Part shown: positions 49,616 to 61,997 of the stretch, one piece after another
How positions within the stretch are numbered: position 1 is the first letter of the stretch
How the letters are laid out: every line of letters starts with the position of its first letter
Assembly (NCBI GenBank): GCA_035630595.1
Contig: DASQKJ010000057.1
Span: 24,820-88,819, forward strand
Origin: Methyloceanibacter sp.
Lineage (GTDB): Bacteria; Pseudomonadota; Alphaproteobacteria; Rhizobiales; Methyloligellaceae
Length of the DNA stretch: 64,000 nucleotides
Direction: 5' to 3'
Made by a program: the position numbers and the translations under genes
Notes under the pieces: model-generated
Databases searched by the model: none
The model's input: only the letters and a program-made list of their open reading frames with translations
What the model was told of the DNA's origin: nothing

Positions 49616-51346
49616 TCAATTGGCGCGGCGACGCAAAAAGGCAGGGATCTCGAGATCGTCCTCGCTCAGTGATTCGGGCGCTGCCAGCATTTCCACAGCA
49701 AGCGCGCGCGGTTGCGCCTCGGCACGCCTCGGCGACGCCGCCGGCGCCTCCTCGCCTCGGGGCCGCTCGATCCTCAGGCCCTTGGGCGCACCTTGAGCTT
49801 GCGGCTGCGGCCGCGTGGCCTGCAGCTTGGGCCTATCGGCCGGCGGGGACGCCCAGGCCTGACCGAACTCCGGCTCGCGCTTGGCCAGCATTTCGGCCTC
49901 CGGCTCCTTGCGCGTGCGGCCGACATTGGCGAGCCGCTCGAGGAAGCCGACCTTCTTCTTCTGCGCGGCAAGACCCACAGTCTGAGCCTGGCCGGCATGG
50001 GCCTTGATCTCGTTCTGGGCCATGACCGGCAGCTCCTCCACGGTCGGCATGCGCCGCACCGGGCGCTTGACCATGGCGGGGGGCTGAGGCTGGAACGGCC
50101 GCGAGGGCATTTGCGGCGCCGGCTTCGGCTGGGAGACACCAAGCGGTAAGCCGACGCCAGCGACCTGGGCCGGCCGCTTCTCGATCGTCACATTGCCGGG
50201 AGCACGCCAGACCGATGGCTCCTTAACGACTTCGTTCTGACCGAGAACCAGACTCGGCTCGTCGAGATCGGTAGGCGTTCCGGGCAGCGTGGCAAGCCCC
50301 GCGAGGCGCTCGCTGAGCCGGCCGCGTTCCGGTGCCATCGCGGTATGGTTCGGCTGGATGACGGGCCGCGCGGCTTCGGCGGCAAGGCCGATACCGGTCG
50401 CGACCACGGACACACGGATCGAGCCGTCGAGTTCGTCGTCAAAGGTTGCGCCGACGATGATGTTGGCGTCTGGGTCTGCCTCGGCCCGGATGCGGCTGGC
50501 CGCCTCGTCGACCTCATAGAGAGTGAGATCATTGCCGCCGGTGATGGACACCAGTAGCCCGCTCGCCCCTTTCATCGACACGTCGTCGAGCAGCGGATTG
50601 GAGATGGCGGCCTCGGCAGCCTCGATCGCCCTGCGGTCGCCACTCGACTCGCCCGTGCCCATCATCGCCTTGCCCATGCCGGCCATGATGGTGCGGACGT
50701 CGGCGAAGTCGAGATTGATCAGGCCTTCCTTCACCATAAGATCGGTGATGCAGGCGACGCCGGAGCGCAGCACGTCGTCGGCCATCGAGAAAGCGTCGGT
50801 GAAGGTGGTCTTCTCGTTGGCAACGCGGAACAAATTCTGGTTGGGGATGATCAGCAGGGTATCGACATATTTCTGAAGATGGTCGATGCCGGCCTCGGCC
50901 GCACGCAGACGCCGCGCGCCTTCGAACTGGAACGGCTTGGTCACGACGCCGACGGTGAGGATGCCTTCCTCGCGCGAGGCGCGTGCGATCACCGGTGCCG
51001 CACCCGTGCCCGTGCCGCCGCCCATGCCGGCCGTGATGAACACCATGTGGCAGCCGACCAGATGCGCCTTGATGTCGGCCATGGCCTCTTCGGCCGCGGC
51101 GGCGCCGATCTCCGGCTTCGATCCTGCGCCGAGGCCCTCAGTGACGTTCGCCCCCATCTGGATGCGACGCTCGGCACTCGAGCTCAGCAAGGCTTGCGCG
51201 TCGGTATTGGCGACCACGAACTCGACGCCCTTCAGACCGCGTTCGATCATGTTGTTGACGGCATTGCCGCCCGCGCCGCCTACACCGAATACGGTGATGC
51301 GCGGCTTGAGTTCGGTCAGATCAGGAACTCTGAGGTTGATGGTCAT
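49616..51346 (-). CDS. ftsZ: Cell division protein FtsZ
   Basis: GGGTGTG tubulin signature, NLDFADV, C-terminal LEIPAFLRR; start set at MTINL. Confidence 0.98.
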   Translation of the reverse strand: MTINLRVPDLTELKPRITVFGVGGAGGNAVNNMIERGLKGVEFVVANTDAQALLSSSAERRIQMGANVTEGLGAGSKPEIGAAAAEEAMADIKAHLVGCHMVFITAGMGGGTGTGAAPVIARASREEGILTVGVVTKPFQFEGARRLRAAEAGIDHLQKYVDTLLIIPNQNLFRVANEKTTFTDAFSMADDVLRSGVACITDLMVKEGLINLDFADVRTIMAGMGKAMMGTGESSGDRRAIEAAEAAISNPLLDDVSMKGASGLLVSITGGNDLTLYEVDEAASRIRAEADPDANIIVGATFDDELDGSIRVSVVATGIGLAAEAARPVIQPNHTAMAPERGRLSERLAGLATLPGTPTDLDEPSLVLGQNEVVKEPSVWRAPGNVTIEKRPAQVAGVGLPLGVSQPKPAPQMPSRPFQPQPPAMVKRPVRRMPTVEELPVMAQNEIKAHAGQAQTVGLAAQKKKVGFLERLANVGRTRKEPEAEMLAKREPEFGQAWASPPADRPKLQATRPQPQAQGAPKGLRIERPRGEEAPAASPRRAEAQPRALAVEMLAAPESLSEDDLEIPAFLRRRAN

Positions 51347-51428
51347 GGCAGTCTTCCGATCCTTCATTGCCCTTGGCTCGGCTCTCTTCGGCGCTTCCCC
51401 GCGACGCGCCATCCAGAGCCCTCTTCGA

Positions 51429-52724
51429 TCAAAAATTGTCCCGTATCCAGTCGCCGACCTTGGCGAAATAACCCGTGCCGGTGCGCAGGAAGCGCTGCTC
51501 CGAGCGGGCGTTGAGCCGGTCGTCGCCCCGCGCCCATTGCAGCAGCAGCCCGATGCCTGCGGAAAAATCGGGCGCGGCGGCCACGGCCGGCAAACCGCTG
51601 ATCGATCTTGGCCGGCCAAGCCGCGTCGGGCGCCCAAACATGTTAGCGGCAAGCTCGGGCAGGCCCGTGAGCTGGCTGCCGCCGCCGGTCAGCACCAGAT
51701 GCTGCGTGACCTCAGCCGCAAGACCGCTCGCGGCCAAGCGGCGGCGCATCAGATCGAGGATTTCCTCGATGCGCGGGCGGATGATGACGGCAAGCTGCGC
51801 CTTGTTGATTTGGTTCAGGCTCGGTTGCGGCAGGCCAGTCACGGCCGGATAGGTAATGATCTCGCGCTCGTCCGACAGCGTGGCGAAAGCGCTGCCGTGC
51901 AGAGTCTTGAGCCGCTCGGCGTAATCAAGCGAGGTGGAGAGCGTGCGGGCGATGTCCGTGGTGACGCCGTTGCCGCCGAGCGCGATGGCGTCGGCATGGA
52001 TGAAATGTCCGTCGACCAACACCGAAAGCGTCGTGGTGCCGGCGCCGAAATCGATGCAGGCCACACCGAGCTTGGCCTCGTCGGGCGTGATCACCGAAAG
52101 CGCGCTCGCATAGGGCGCTGCTACCAGGCTCGCAACGCCGAGATGGCAGCGCTCGACGCAGAGCATCACGTTGCGCATCGCCACCTCGTCAGCGGTGACG
52201 CTATGCAGATCGACGGAAAGGCGTTCGCCGCACATGCCCCGCGGCTCGCTGATGCCGCCATTGTCGTCGAGGCGGTAGCTCAGGGGCAGCGTGTGAAGGA
52301 CGTTGCGCTTCTCGCGCCCAGCATATTGCCGGCCGCCGACGAGCAGCCGCATGACATCTTCTTCGCGCACGGCGCCCGAGGGCAGCGCGATGCTGGCCGA
52401 GAAACTCTCGCTCTTCAGCCGCCCGCACGTGACGGAGACGTGCACGTCCTCGACCGTGATCCCCGCCATGCGCTCGGCCGCATCGACAGCCGAGCGAATG
52501 CAGGCTTCGGCGCTGTCGAGATGGGCGATCATTCCGGCCTTCAGGCCTTCAGCGCGGGTATGGTCGAAGCCGAGCACCTCGAATTGCAGGGCGTCGCCCT
52601 TGCCTTCGAACCAATCCGGTGCGGGCGTGGTCTTGGCAATCAGGCAGCAGATCTTGCTCGTGCCGATGTCGAGCGCGGTCACGATGCGCTGGCGCTTGCT
52701 CCTGATCGTCGTCGTGTAGCCCAT
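51429..52724 (-). CDS. ftsA: Cell division protein FtsA
   Basis: [16 protein letters not shown] and LTGGGSQL motifs; C-terminal amphipathic WIRDNF. Confidence 0.96.
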   Translation of the reverse strand: MGYTTTIRSKRQRIVTALDIGTSKICCLIAKTTPAPDWFEGKGDALQFEVLGFDHTRAEGLKAGMIAHLDSAEACIRSAVDAAERMAGITVEDVHVSVTCGRLKSESFSASIALPSGAVREEDVMRLLVGGRQYAGREKRNVLHTLPLSYRLDDNGGISEPRGMCGERLSVDLHSVTADEVAMRNVMLCVERCHLGVASLVAAPYASALSVITPDEAKLGVACIDFGAGTTTLSVLVDGHFIHADAIALGGNGVTTDIARTLSTSLDYAERLKTLHGSAFATLSDEREIITYPAVTGLPQPSLNQINKAQLAVIIRPRIEEILDLMRRRLAASGLAAEVTQHLVLTGGGSQLTGLPELAANMFGRPTRLGRPRSISGLPAVAAAPDFSAGIGLLLQWARGDDRLNARSEQRFLRTGTGYFAKVGDWIRDNF

Positions 52725-52749
52725 CCCCTGCCCTCAAACCCCCGTGTTC

Positions 52750-53742
52750 TCAGGTCCTGCCTTTAGCCGTCTTGGTGCTCGCCGTCGGCACCTCCGCCTG
52801 TGGCGGCGCACCCGGCGGATTTGCCGTCGTGGCGTCGCGCAGGCGCAGCGTGACACGATCGAGCAGCCGCAGATCGACCGCGGCGATGTCGCGCTTGAGC
52901 ACGCCGCGCTCGCCTTCGAGCTTGCTCAACGAGGTCAACGCCGCGCCGATATTGTCGTCGGGCAGCATGACCTCGACACCCGAGGCCAATTTCAGCGTCC
53001 AGCGCCGGTCGCCGACCCGGATCGCCGCGACGACGTCTCTGGTCAGTTCGCCATAAGGGGTCAGTTGATCGAACAGCTGCACGGCGTTCTTCGCCGCGCC
53101 CTCGCCGACGACCAATGGAAGGCTTGCATAGGCTTCGCGCAAGGCTGGTGCGAGCACCACGCCCTCGGGGTCGACGACATAGGTCTGACCTTGGTTTTGC
53201 CAGACGGCATAGGGAGTCCGTTCTTCGATCAAGACCTGGAGCGTCGAGGGCAACAGGCGCATCACTTGCGCATGTCGGATCCACGGTACCGCTTCGAGCC
53301 GCTGCTTGGCGGCGTCGGTATCGAAGCCGAGCATCATGGTGTCCGGGCCGGCGCCGAGCGCAGCGGTTATGGCGGCGTCGGTTGCATGCAGCCTGCCATT
53401 GACGGTGATGCGCTTCACGCCGAAGCCGGCCGCCACGGCAAGGCGCTCGATGCCGCCGGTCAGAGCGTCATAGGCGCGGGCGGTCTGGCCGCCGATGACG
53501 GCGCCATAAGCGAGAGCGCTCGAGAAGAACAGCGCGCAGAGAATGAGCCATTTGCCGCGCACGCGATCCTGACCGAGCCGGGCGAGGCGGATCGAGCTCG
53601 GACTGCGCATGATCAGGTTCCGCGTCCTGGCGATCACCGGCAGGCGGGTGGTCTTGCGCGGCGCGGCAATGCCGCGCGCCAACAGGGCCTCCGGCTGGCT
53701 CCTCCTCCTGACTGTCCCCTTCGCGGGGTTCACCGATCGCAC
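52750..53742 (-). CDS. ftsQ: Cell division protein FtsQ
   Basis: TM plus POTRA (PWI..AQV.RLLP), [12 protein letters not shown] and VDLR motifs. Confidence 0.92.
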   Translation of the reverse strand: MRSVNPAKGTVRRRSQPEALLARGIAAPRKTTRLPVIARTRNLIMRSPSSIRLARLGQDRVRGKWLILCALFFSSALAYGAVIGGQTARAYDALTGGIERLAVAAGFGVKRITVNGRLHATDAAITAALGAGPDTMMLGFDTDAAKQRLEAVPWIRHAQVMRLLPSTLQVLIEERTPYAVWQNQGQTYVVDPEGVVLAPALREAYASLPLVVGEGAAKNAVQLFDQLTPYGELTRDVVAAIRVGDRRWTLKLASGVEVMLPDDNIGAALTSLSKLEGERGVLKRDIAAVDLRLLDRVTLRLRDATTANPPGAPPQAEVPTASTKTAKGRT

Positions 53743-54665
53743 GACGCATCCTCCACGATCCAGCGCACCAGCTCGCCAAACGAGCGGCCGCTATGGTCAG
53801 CAAGCTCGGGCACCAGCGAAGTCGACGTCATGCCGGGCTGGGTGTTGACCTCGAGACAGATCATTTCCCCCGTGCCCTCTGGCCGGTCGTCGTAGCGGAA
53901 GTCGGAGCGACTGACCCCACGGCAGCCCAGTGCCCTATGAGCCGCCAAGGACAGCTTCTGTACCAATTGGTAAACATTTGGTTTAAGCGGCGCCGGGAGC
54001 ACATGAATTGAGCCCCCAGGGGCGTATTTCGCGTCGTAATCGTAGAAGGCGAGACCCTCGGCGGGCCGGATCTCGATCACCCCCAAAGCCTCTTCCCCCA
54101 TCACCGCGCAGGTCAGCTCGCGTCCCGGGATATACCGCTCTACCATGACCTCCTCGCCCAAGGTCCATTCGGCGGATGTCAGTTCCTGCGGGGGATGGGC
54201 CTGGTCCGCGCGCACGATATAAACGCCGACGCTGGACCCTTCCGTCGGCGGCTTGATCACGTAAGGCGGCGACATGACATGGGCGCGTGCGGCCTCGGCG
54301 CGGGAGACCACGCGGCTCTCCGCCACCGGCACCCCGGCCGCGGCAAGCACCGGCTTCGAGCGCTCCTTGTGCATCGCCAGCGCCGAGGCAAGCACGCCGG
54401 AGTGGGTATAGGGGATGCTCATGGTCTCCAGCAGGCCCTGGATGCAGCCATCCTCGCCGTAGCGGCCATGCAAAGCATTGAAGCAGACGTCGGGCCTGAG
54501 TTCGGCGAGGCGCGCCGCCACGTCGCGGCCGACATCGATGCGACTCACGCGATAGCCTTGGGCTTCAAGCGCGGCTGCACAGGCGGCGCCGGAGCGAAGC
54601 GAGACTTCGCGCTCCGAGGACAGCCCTCCCATCAGCACCGCGACGTGGATTTGCTTATTTGCCAT
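53730..54665 (-). CDS. ddl: D-alanine--D-alanine ligase
   Basis: [31 protein letters not shown] and [10 protein letters not shown] motifs. Confidence 0.96.
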   Translation of the reverse strand: MANKQIHVAVLMGGLSSEREVSLRSGAACAAALEAQGYRVSRIDVGRDVAARLAELRPDVCFNALHGRYGEDGCIQGLLETMSIPYTHSGVLASALAMHKERSKPVLAAAGVPVAESRVVSRAEAARAHVMSPPYVIKPPTEGSSVGVYIVRADQAHPPQELTSAEWTLGEEVMVERYIPGRELTCAVMGEEALGVIEIRPAEGLAFYDYDAKYAPGGSIHVLPAPLKPNVYQLVQKLSLAAHRALGCRGVSRSDFRYDDRPEGTGEMICLEVNTQPGMTSTSLVPELADHSGRSFGELVRWIVEDASCDR

Positions 54666-54711
54666 GTGAACCCCGCGCTCAGAAATGCTGCCTGCAGAAA
54701 TACTCTCAATG

Positions 54712-54794
54712 GTCATGGCCGGGCTTGTCCCGCCATCCACGTTTTCGACCTTATAGAGAATTCGTGGATGCCCGGCACTTCGGCCGGGCATGAC
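54712..54794. repeat. CGTC-tagged palindromic element, copy 3 (opposite orientation)
   Basis: GTCATGGCCGGGCTTGTCCCGCCATCCACG-21nt-CGTGGATGCCCGGCACTTCGGCCGGGCATGAC between murB and ddl. Confidence 0.85.
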
Positions 54795-54816
54795 GCATTC
54801 AATCGAACGGGTCACG

Positions 54817-55737
54817 CTAAACGGGTAGGCCGAGGCGTTTGATCTCCCATTCGAGCTCGACCCCGCTCGTCTGCTTGACCCGCGCGCGCACCGTCTCGCC
54901 CAGCGTCTCGAGGTCGGCACCGCTGGCGTTGCCCTCGTTGATGAGAAAGTTGCAGTGCATCTCGGAGACCTTGGCGTCGCCGACCGCAAGCCCGCGACAG
55001 CCGGCGGCGTCGATCAACTGCCACGCCTTCTTGCCGGGAGGGTTTTTGAAGGTGGAGCCGCCGGTGCGGCTCTTGATCGGCTGCACCTCCTCGCGATAGG
55101 CGGCAATCTCGTCCATCTCGGCGAGAATGGCGGCGGGATCGCCCGGCTCGCCCTGGAACAACGCCTCGGTGAAGATGAAGTCTTCCGGCGCGCCGCAATG
55201 GCGATACGCATAGTGAAGCTCGGCCACTGGTAGGACGTGGATGCCGCCCTGGCGATCGACGGCGCGGGCCTCGACCAGCACCTCTTTCGTCTCGCGGCCA
55301 TGCGCGCCGCCATTCATGCGCAGCGCGCCGCCGACGCAGCCGGGTATGCCGCGATAAAAGGACAGGCCGGCAATGCCGGAATCCGCCGCGGCGCGTGCGA
55401 CTTTCACGTCGGGCACCGCGGTGCCGGCGCGAAGACGATGTCCCTGCTCGATCTTGATCTCGCCGAAGCCGCGACCAAGACGGATCACCACGCCCTGGAT
55501 GCCGCCGTCGCGCACCAGCAGGTTCGAGCCGAGCCCGATCACGGTCACAGGAATATTGGCCGGCGTCTGCTTGAGGAAATAAGCGAGGTCGGGTTCGTCC
55601 GCGGGCGAATAGAGGATTTCCGCCGGGCCGCCCGCTCTGAACCAAGTGTAGTCCTTGAGCGGCGCCTCGACCGTTAGCCGCCCTCTGAGCTCTGGCAGGG
55701 AGGCGGCAAGCCGTGCCTGAAGTCCGGCACCGTTCAA
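54817..55737 (-). CDS. murB: UDP-N-acetylenolpyruvoylglucosamine reductase
   Basis: [27 protein letters not shown] and HCNFLIN motifs; TTG start overlaps the murC stop. Confidence 0.95.
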   Translation of the reverse strand: MNGAGLQARLAASLPELRGRLTVEAPLKDYTWFRAGGPAEILYSPADEPDLAYFLKQTPANIPVTVIGLGSNLLVRDGGIQGVVIRLGRGFGEIKIEQGHRLRAGTAVPDVKVARAAADSGIAGLSFYRGIPGCVGGALRMNGGAHGRETKEVLVEARAVDRQGGIHVLPVAELHYAYRHCGAPEDFIFTEALFQGEPGDPAAILAEMDEIAAYREEVQPIKSRTGGSTFKNPPGKKAWQLIDAAGCRGLAVGDAKVSEMHCNFLINEGNASGADLETLGETVRARVKQTSGVELEWEIKRLGLPV

Positions 55738-57164
55738 GAGTTCCCCCCGTGCCGTTCGAGCTTGCCCGGCAGCGCGTTGATCCAATCGGTGATGGTGCCG
55801 GCGCCGAGCCCTACGACCAGATCCCCCGGCCTGGCCATGGAAGCAACGGTCTGGACCAAGCTCTCCTCGTCCTCGACGGTCACGACATTGGCGTGGCCGT
55901 GGCGGAGCAGGCCGGAGGCCAGCTCGTCGCGATCGATGCCGGGGATCGGCGCCTCGCCGGCCGAGTAGACCGGCGTCACCATCACGATATCGGCGTCGTC
56001 GAGGCAGGCGGAGAATTCGTTGAACAGCGCCTGGAGCCGCGTATAGCGATGCGGCTGCACCACGGCGACGATGCGCCCCTTGCCGGCCATGCGCGCGGCG
56101 CGCAGCACGGCGGCGATCTCGACCGGATGGTGCGCGTAGTCGTCATAGACAGCGACGCCTTGCCACTCGCCAACCCGCATGAAGCGCCGCTTCACTCCGG
56201 AAAATGCGGCCAGCGCCTGACGGATCGCCTCGTCGCCAATGCCTGCTTCCGTGGCCGCGGCAAGCGCGCCAAGCGCGTTCAAGGCATTGTAGTGCCCGAG
56301 CACCGGCAGGTTGAGGTCCTCGAGCTTGCGTGCGCCGCCCTTCACCGCCGGCCCGAGATCGGCGTCGAAGGTGACCCGGTTGTGGTCGGGACGGAGATTG
56401 ACGAGCCGGATATCGGCGTCGCGCGCGACCCCATAGGTCAGGGTGCGGCGGCCATTGGCCGCGCCGCCGAGCTTGGCGAGCAGTTCCCGTACCACCGGGT
56501 GATCGATGCAGGCGACAGCCAAGCCATAGAACGGGATGGCGTCGACGAACTGGTGGAAGGCCAGGTGCAGGGCCTCCAGCGACGGCCAGTAGTCCATATG
56601 CTCGGGGTCGATATTGGTGATGACCCCGATCTGGGTCGGCAACTTGAGGAACGTGCCGTCGGACTCGTCGGCCTCGACCACCATCCACTCGCCTTTGCCG
56701 ATGCGCGCATTGGTGCCCCAGGCATTGATGATGCCACCGGCGATCACGGTCGGGTCGAGGCCGGCCCCCTTGAACAGCTCGGCGATGAGCGCGGTCGTGG
56801 TGGTCTTGCCGTGGGTGCCGGTGACCGACACGGTGGCGCAGGGGCGCATCAGCTCTGCCAGCATCTCCGCGCGGCGAATGATCGGCAGTCCGCGCTCCTT
56901 GGCCGCCTCGAATTCCGGATTGCCAGCCTTCACCGCGCTGGAAATCACGAGATGCCCCGCACCATCGACATTGGCCGGGTCGTGGCCGATCAGGCAGGCG
57001 ATGCCATGCGCGCGCAGGCGCTCGAGATTGGCACCGTCCTTGAGGTCGCTGCCTTGCACATGGTAGCCGCGCGTGTGCATCACCTCGGCAATCGCGCTCA
57101 TGCCGATGCCGCCGATCCCTACGATGTGGAACAGGCCTGCCTGGTCGGGGTCTGGGAGATGCAT
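55734..57164 (-). CDS. murC: UDP-N-acetylmuramate--L-alanine ligase
   Basis: [23 protein letters not shown] and DDYAHHP motifs. Confidence 0.97.
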   Translation of the reverse strand: MHLPDPDQAGLFHIVGIGGIGMSAIAEVMHTRGYHVQGSDLKDGANLERLRAHGIACLIGHDPANVDGAGHLVISSAVKAGNPEFEAAKERGLPIIRRAEMLAELMRPCATVSVTGTHGKTTTTALIAELFKGAGLDPTVIAGGIINAWGTNARIGKGEWMVVEADESDGTFLKLPTQIGVITNIDPEHMDYWPSLEALHLAFHQFVDAIPFYGLAVACIDHPVVRELLAKLGGAANGRRTLTYGVARDADIRLVNLRPDHNRVTFDADLGPAVKGGARKLEDLNLPVLGHYNALNALGALAAATEAGIGDEAIRQALAAFSGVKRRFMRVGEWQGVAVYDDYAHHPVEIAAVLRAARMAGKGRIVAVVQPHRYTRLQALFNEFSACLDDADIVMVTPVYSAGEAPIPGIDRDELASGLLRHGHANVVTVEDEESLVQTVASMARPGDLVVGLGAGTITDWINALPGKLERHGGNS

Positions 57165-57188
57165 GGCCGGACTCTACACTAACTGTGG

Positions 57189-58286
57189 CTAGGTTCGCGC
57201 CAACTCCTCGGCGAGATCGGCGAGCTTTTTCACGGCGTCGACCGGAGCCATCGCCTTGGCTTTCGCCGCCGCGTCGGCAAGGCGCTCGGGCGAGGTGAAC
57301 AGGCCCTCAAGCTCGCTTGCCAGACGCTGCGGCGTCAACTCGTTCTGCCGGATGCACCAGCCCCCGCCTCCATCTTGCAGCCGGGTTGCGTTTTCCAACT
57401 GATCGTTGTCAAGGGCATGCGGCAGGGGCACCAGGATGCAGGGACGGCCGATCGCCATCAATTCGGCGACGGTAGAGGCTCCAGCGCGGGCGACGATCAG
57501 ATTGGCCGTGGCGATGCGCTCCGGGAGGTCGGGGAAGAAAGTGCCGAGATGCACCGCGATGCCCGCCTCCTTGTAGGCCTCGCGCAACGCGCCGAGATCC
57601 TCTTCGCGAGCTTGCTGCACGACGGTAAGCCGCCACCTCAGCGGCGACGGCAACAAGAGCAGTGCCTGCGGCACCACCTCGGCAAAGAAATGCGCGCCTT
57701 GACTGCCGCCGAACACGAGGAGGAGCAGGCGGCTGGCCGGCTCCGGCGTGGCATAGGCCACGTCGCGATAGGCCAGCACGGCATCCCGCACCGGGGTCCC
57801 GGTCACGAGAGCCCTGCTCTCGGCGCTTGGATGCAGCCGCTTGGTCGGCGTGAAGGACAGCGCAACGCGATCGGCGAAGCGCGACAGCAAGCGGTTGGCG
57901 CGGCCCATCACCGCGTTCTGCTCGTGGATCGCGGTCGGGATGCCGAGCGAGCGGGCGGCCATCACCGGGGGTATGGTCGGATAGCCGCCGAAGCCCATGA
58001 CCGCCAGCGGGTTCACCTCGCTGAGCACGTTTCGCGCCTTCAAATAGCCTCGGAACAGCTTGGCTGTGGTCTTGGCCATGGCGATCGGCGAGCGGCTGCC
58101 GAAGGTCGCCGACGGAACCTGGTGTATGGCGCGGGCGGGAAACTCGGTTCCGTACTTCTCCGCGCGTTCGTCGGTCGCAAGCTCGACCTCGTAGCCGCGG
58201 CGCTTCAGTTCCTGCGCCAGGGCGGCGGCCGGAAAGAGATGTCCTCCCGTGCCCCCGGCAGCGAGCAGGATCGGGCGGGCTGTCAA
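57189..58286 (-). CDS. murG: Lipid II GlcNAc transferase
   Basis: GGTGGH, HEQN, GGSQGA and RAGAST motifs. Confidence 0.96.
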   Translation of the reverse strand: MTARPILLAAGGTGGHLFPAAALAQELKRRGYEVELATDERAEKYGTEFPARAIHQVPSATFGSRSPIAMAKTTAKLFRGYLKARNVLSEVNPLAVMGFGGYPTIPPVMAARSLGIPTAIHEQNAVMGRANRLLSRFADRVALSFTPTKRLHPSAESRALVTGTPVRDAVLAYRDVAYATPEPASRLLLLVFGGSQGAHFFAEVVPQALLLLPSPLRWRLTVVQQAREEDLGALREAYKEAGIAVHLGTFFPDLPERIATANLIVARAGASTVAELMAIGRPCILVPLPHALDNDQLENATRLQDGGGGWCIRQNELTPQRLASELEGLFTSPERLADAAAKAKAMAPVDAVKKLADLAEELART

Positions 58287-59461
58287 GCGACCTGTTCCCT
58301 GATGCCAGCGGCCTCGGAGTCGGGCTGCACTTCACTGTTCCGCTTGAGCCCTCCGGCCATCGGACGCTTGCGGGTGAGGCCGAGCGCGAAGCCCATAGTC
58401 AGCGCCATGGCGAGCAGCGAGGAGCCGCCATAGGAGATGAACGGCAGGGTCATGCCCTTGGCGGGAAGCAGGCCTACATTCACCGCCATGTTGATCAGCG
58501 TCTGCAGGCCGAACAGCATGACGAGGCCTGCCACCGCATGCCGGATGAAGCCGTCCGGCTCCTGCGAGGCCTTGGACAGGCCCCGCAGGACAAGGAAGGC
58601 AAACAGCGCGAGCAGGATCAGGCAGGCGATCAATCCATATTCTTCAGCCGTCACCGCGAAGATGAAGTCGGTATGCGAGTCCGGCAGCACGTTCTTCACC
58701 GTGCCCTCGCCGGGCCCCCTCCCGAACCAGCCGCCATGCAGAAACGAGTCGAGCGAGCGGTCGGCCTGGTAGGTGTCGCCAGAGGCCGGATCGAGAAAGC
58801 GGTCGATGCGCGAGGTGACGTGGGGCACGAGAAAGTAGGCGGTGGCGATGCCGGCAATCCCGGCGGCGCCCAAGGCCGCGATCCAGACCATGTTGATGCC
58901 GGCCATGTAGAACAGCGCACCCCAGACCAGCGTCACGAGCAGAGTCTGGCCGAAATCCGGCTGCATAATGAGGAGCGTCGCAAAGATGGCGTAAAGGGCA
59001 ACCGCAAGCTGGATGCCCGGCACGTCGGGCCGCTTCTGACTTTCGTTGAACAGCCACGCGGTCAACACGACGAAGGCGGGCTTGACGAATTCCGACGGCT
59101 GAATCGACAGCGCGCCGAATTGGAGCCAGCGCTTGGCACCCTTGACCTCCGGGCCAAGCACCAGGATCAGCGCCATCAGCGCGATACCGACGACGAAGAT
59201 GACCAAGCTCACGCGGCGAATCTGTTTCGACGTCAAGGTCGAGGCCGCGAACATGATCGCTATCGCAGGGAGCAGCAGAGCCGCGTGGCGGCGGACGAAG
59301 TAGAACGGCTCGACGTCGAATTTGGCGGCGATCGGTGGACTGGCGGCAAGCGACAGCACCAGGCCAGCGCCCATCAGCAGCAAGAGGCCGAAGAACATCA
59401 GCCGGTCGACGGTGAACCACCAGTCGGAGAGCACGCTTTTGTCGGCGCGGGTAAGCCTCAT
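58283..59461 (-). CDS. ftsW: SEDS glycosyltransferase FtsW
   Basis: QPSEFVKP, LPDSHTDFIF and PFISYGGSS motifs; dcw position. Confidence 0.95.
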   Translation of the reverse strand: MRLTRADKSVLSDWWFTVDRLMFFGLLLLMGAGLVLSLAASPPIAAKFDVEPFYFVRRHAALLLPAIAIMFAASTLTSKQIRRVSLVIFVVGIALMALILVLGPEVKGAKRWLQFGALSIQPSEFVKPAFVVLTAWLFNESQKRPDVPGIQLAVALYAIFATLLIMQPDFGQTLLVTLVWGALFYMAGINMVWIAALGAAGIAGIATAYFLVPHVTSRIDRFLDPASGDTYQADRSLDSFLHGGWFGRGPGEGTVKNVLPDSHTDFIFAVTAEEYGLIACLILLALFAFLVLRGLSKASQEPDGFIRHAVAGLVMLFGLQTLINMAVNVGLLPAKGMTLPFISYGGSSLLAMALTMGFALGLTRKRPMAGGLKRNSEVQPDSEAAGIREQVA

Positions 59462-60876
59462 GCCGCTTTTCCTTGCTCGGGCTTCACCTGCTCGGCGCCG
59501 TCCAACGCCATGACGATCCGGCGGAACGCCTCGCCGCGTTTCTCGAAATTGGCGAACTGATCGTAAGAGGCGCAAGCGGGGGAGAGCAGCACGACCGGCT
59601 CTTTTCCGGGGGACCGGCTCGCATCGGCCGCGGCCGCTTCGATAGCGCGGTCAAGGGTCGCGCAGTGCACATGATCGACGTCTCCCCCGAGCTGGCGGGC
59701 GAAGGCCTCCGCCGCCTCCCCGATCAGATAGGCGCGGGCGATTCTCGGGAAGAAAGGTTCAAGACCCGCTAACCCGCCCTCTTTCGGCCTGCCGCCGATG
59801 ATCCAGAAGATATCGGTGAAGCTGGCCAGGGCCTTGCCGGCAGCGTCGGCGTTGGTGGCCTTGGAATCGTTGACGAACAGCACTTTGCCGCGCCGCGCCA
59901 CCTGCTCCATGCGGTGGGAAAGCCCGGCGAAGCTCCTGAGCCCAGCAGCGATCTCGGTTGAGCTTAGCCCTTGTGCGCGGGCGAGCGCGTAAGCTGCGGC
60001 GGCGTTCTGCCAATTATGCGCGCCTCTGAGCGAGCCGACGCCTGCCAGGTCGATCTTTGCCAGCTCGGCGCCGCCGTCCATTTCGTGGAGCACGCCGTCC
60101 TGCGCGTAGACGCCCGTCTCGACGGGACGGCCGACCGCGATGCGCTTCACGGCGAATGGTCCCTCGAGGCTGCCGGCAATGGCGCGTGAGGGTACATCGT
60201 CGATGCCGATCACGGCGGTCCCGTCCGGAGCGAGATGCGCGAAGACCGCCGATTTGATGGCGGCATAGTTCTCGACCGTGCCGTGGCGGTCGAGATGGTC
60301 TGGGGTGATGTTGAGCAGCGCCGCCGTGTCGGCCACGATCCCGGGCGCAAGCTCGATCTGGAACGAGGAAAGCTCGATCACATAGGTGAGATCGTCGGCG
60401 AACGGCTCGAGATCGAGCACCGCCTTGCCGATATTGCCGCCCAGCGCCACCCGCTTGCCCGCAGCTTCGAGCAGATGGGCGGTAAGCGCGGTGGTGGTCG
60501 ATTTGCCGTTCGTGCCGGTGATGACAACCACCTTGCTTTGGGTTGTGCTGCGCGCACGCTCGCGGAAGAGCAGCTCGATGTCGCCGATCACCTCGACGCC
60601 CGCTTCCAGCGCGCGACCGACGCTCCAATGCGGCTCAGGGTGGGCCAGCGGTATCCCAGGGGCCAGCACCAGCGCGGCAAAGCTAGACCAATCGGCAGCG
60701 GCCAGATCTCTCACGACGAAACCTTGGGACGCAGCCTCGTCCCGTACGGCCGGCTTGTCGTCCCAAAGAATGGGACTGGCGCCGCCCGCCTTCAGCGCGC
60801 GCGCGACGGCAAGACCGCTCAGACCAAGGCCGAGGACCGCAACGTCCCGGCCGGCGAAGATCGTCACGGGAATCAT
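59458..60876 (-). CDS. murD: UDP-MurNAc-L-Ala--D-glutamate ligase
   Basis: GLGLSG, GTNGKSTTT, ELSSFQ, NDSKATN and SPACAS motifs. Confidence 0.96.
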   Translation of the reverse strand: MIPVTIFAGRDVAVLGLGLSGLAVARALKAGGASPILWDDKPAVRDEAASQGFVVRDLAAADWSSFAALVLAPGIPLAHPEPHWSVGRALEAGVEVIGDIELLFRERARSTTQSKVVVITGTNGKSTTTALTAHLLEAAGKRVALGGNIGKAVLDLEPFADDLTYVIELSSFQIELAPGIVADTAALLNITPDHLDRHGTVENYAAIKSAVFAHLAPDGTAVIGIDDVPSRAIAGSLEGPFAVKRIAVGRPVETGVYAQDGVLHEMDGGAELAKIDLAGVGSLRGAHNWQNAAAAYALARAQGLSSTEIAAGLRSFAGLSHRMEQVARRGKVLFVNDSKATNADAAGKALASFTDIFWIIGGRPKEGGLAGLEPFFPRIARAYLIGEAAEAFARQLGGDVDHVHCATLDRAIEAAAADASRSPGKEPVVLLSPACASYDQFANFEKRGEAFRRIVMALDGAEQVKPEQGKAA

Positions 60877-60887
60877 AAGGAGAGAAC

Positions 60888-61973
60888 TTAGCGCAATTTC
60901 AGGGTGGCAAGGCCAGCAAGAGCAAGCACCACTGAGATGATCCAGAACCGGATCACGACCGTGGATTCCGGCCATCCCTTCTGCTCGAAATGATGGTGGA
61001 GCGGTGCCATGCGGAACACCCGCTTGCCGAATAGCCGGTAGGACGTGACCTGGACGATCACCGAGGCCGCCTCCAGCACGAACAATCCCCCGACAATGGC
61101 GAGCACCAGCTCATGCTTGGTAGCCACCGCAATGGTGCCGAGCGCGCCGCCAAGCGCCAGCGAGCCGGTATCGCCCATGAAGATCAGCGCCGGCGGCGCG
61201 TTGAACCATAGGAAGCCGAGGCCGGCGCCGACCAGCGCGCCGCAGATCACCGCAAGCTCGCCGGTGCCCTGCACGAAGTGGATTTGCAGGTAATCGGCGA
61301 ACAGCACGTTGCCAACGAGATAGGAGATGAAGCCGAAGGTTGCGGCCGCGATCATCACCGGCACGATGGCCAGCCCGTCGAGGCCGTCGGTCAAATTCAC
61401 CGCATTGCCGGCGCCGACGATGATGAAGGCGCCGAACGGGATGAACAGCCAGCCGAGATCGATCAGCACGCTCTTGAAGAAAGGAATGGCGAGCGAGGTC
61501 GCCAGCGGCTCCTGGCCGACATAGACGATGACCGACGTGGCGACCACGGCGGCGGCGGCCTCGATGACGATCTTGATGCGGCCGCGGAAGCCTTCCGCAG
61601 ACTGCTTGGTCACTTTGAGATAGTCGTCGTAGAGGCCGACCGCGCCATAAACCAGGGTGAGCAACAGCACCACCCAGACATAGGCATTTTGCAGGTTGCC
61701 CCAGAGCAGCACGGCGACCGTGACGCCGGACAGGATCATCAGCCCGCCCATGGTGGGTGTGCCCTGCTTCTGCAGGATGTGCCGTTCGGGTCCGTCCTTG
61801 CGGATCGGCTGGCCTTTGCCTTGGCGTACGCGCAGCGACCGGATCACTTTCGGTCCGAACAGGAACACGAAGAGCAGCGCGGTGAGCAGCGCGCCGCCGG
61901 TGCGGAAGGTGATGTAGCGAAAGATGTTGAGAAAGGGAAAGCTGGTGGCGAACTCGGTCAGCCAATAAAGCAT
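60888..61973 (-). CDS. mraY: Phospho-MurNAc-pentapeptide translocase
   Basis: [23 protein letters not shown] and MAPLHHHFE motifs. Confidence 0.97.
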   Translation of the reverse strand: MLYWLTEFATSFPFLNIFRYITFRTGGALLTALLFVFLFGPKVIRSLRVRQGKGQPIRKDGPERHILQKQGTPTMGGLMILSGVTVAVLLWGNLQNAYVWVVLLLTLVYGAVGLYDDYLKVTKQSAEGFRGRIKIVIEAAAAVVATSVIVYVGQEPLATSLAIPFFKSVLIDLGWLFIPFGAFIIVGAGNAVNLTDGLDGLAIVPVMIAAATFGFISYLVGNVLFADYLQIHFVQGTGELAVICGALVGAGLGFLWFNAPPALIFMGDTGSLALGGALGTIAVATKHELVLAIVGGLFVLEAASVIVQVTSYRLFGKRVFRMAPLHHHFEQKGWPESTVVIRFWIISVVLALAGLATLKLR

Positions 61974-61997
61974 TTGCGTCTTCCCCCTCCCGCCGGT

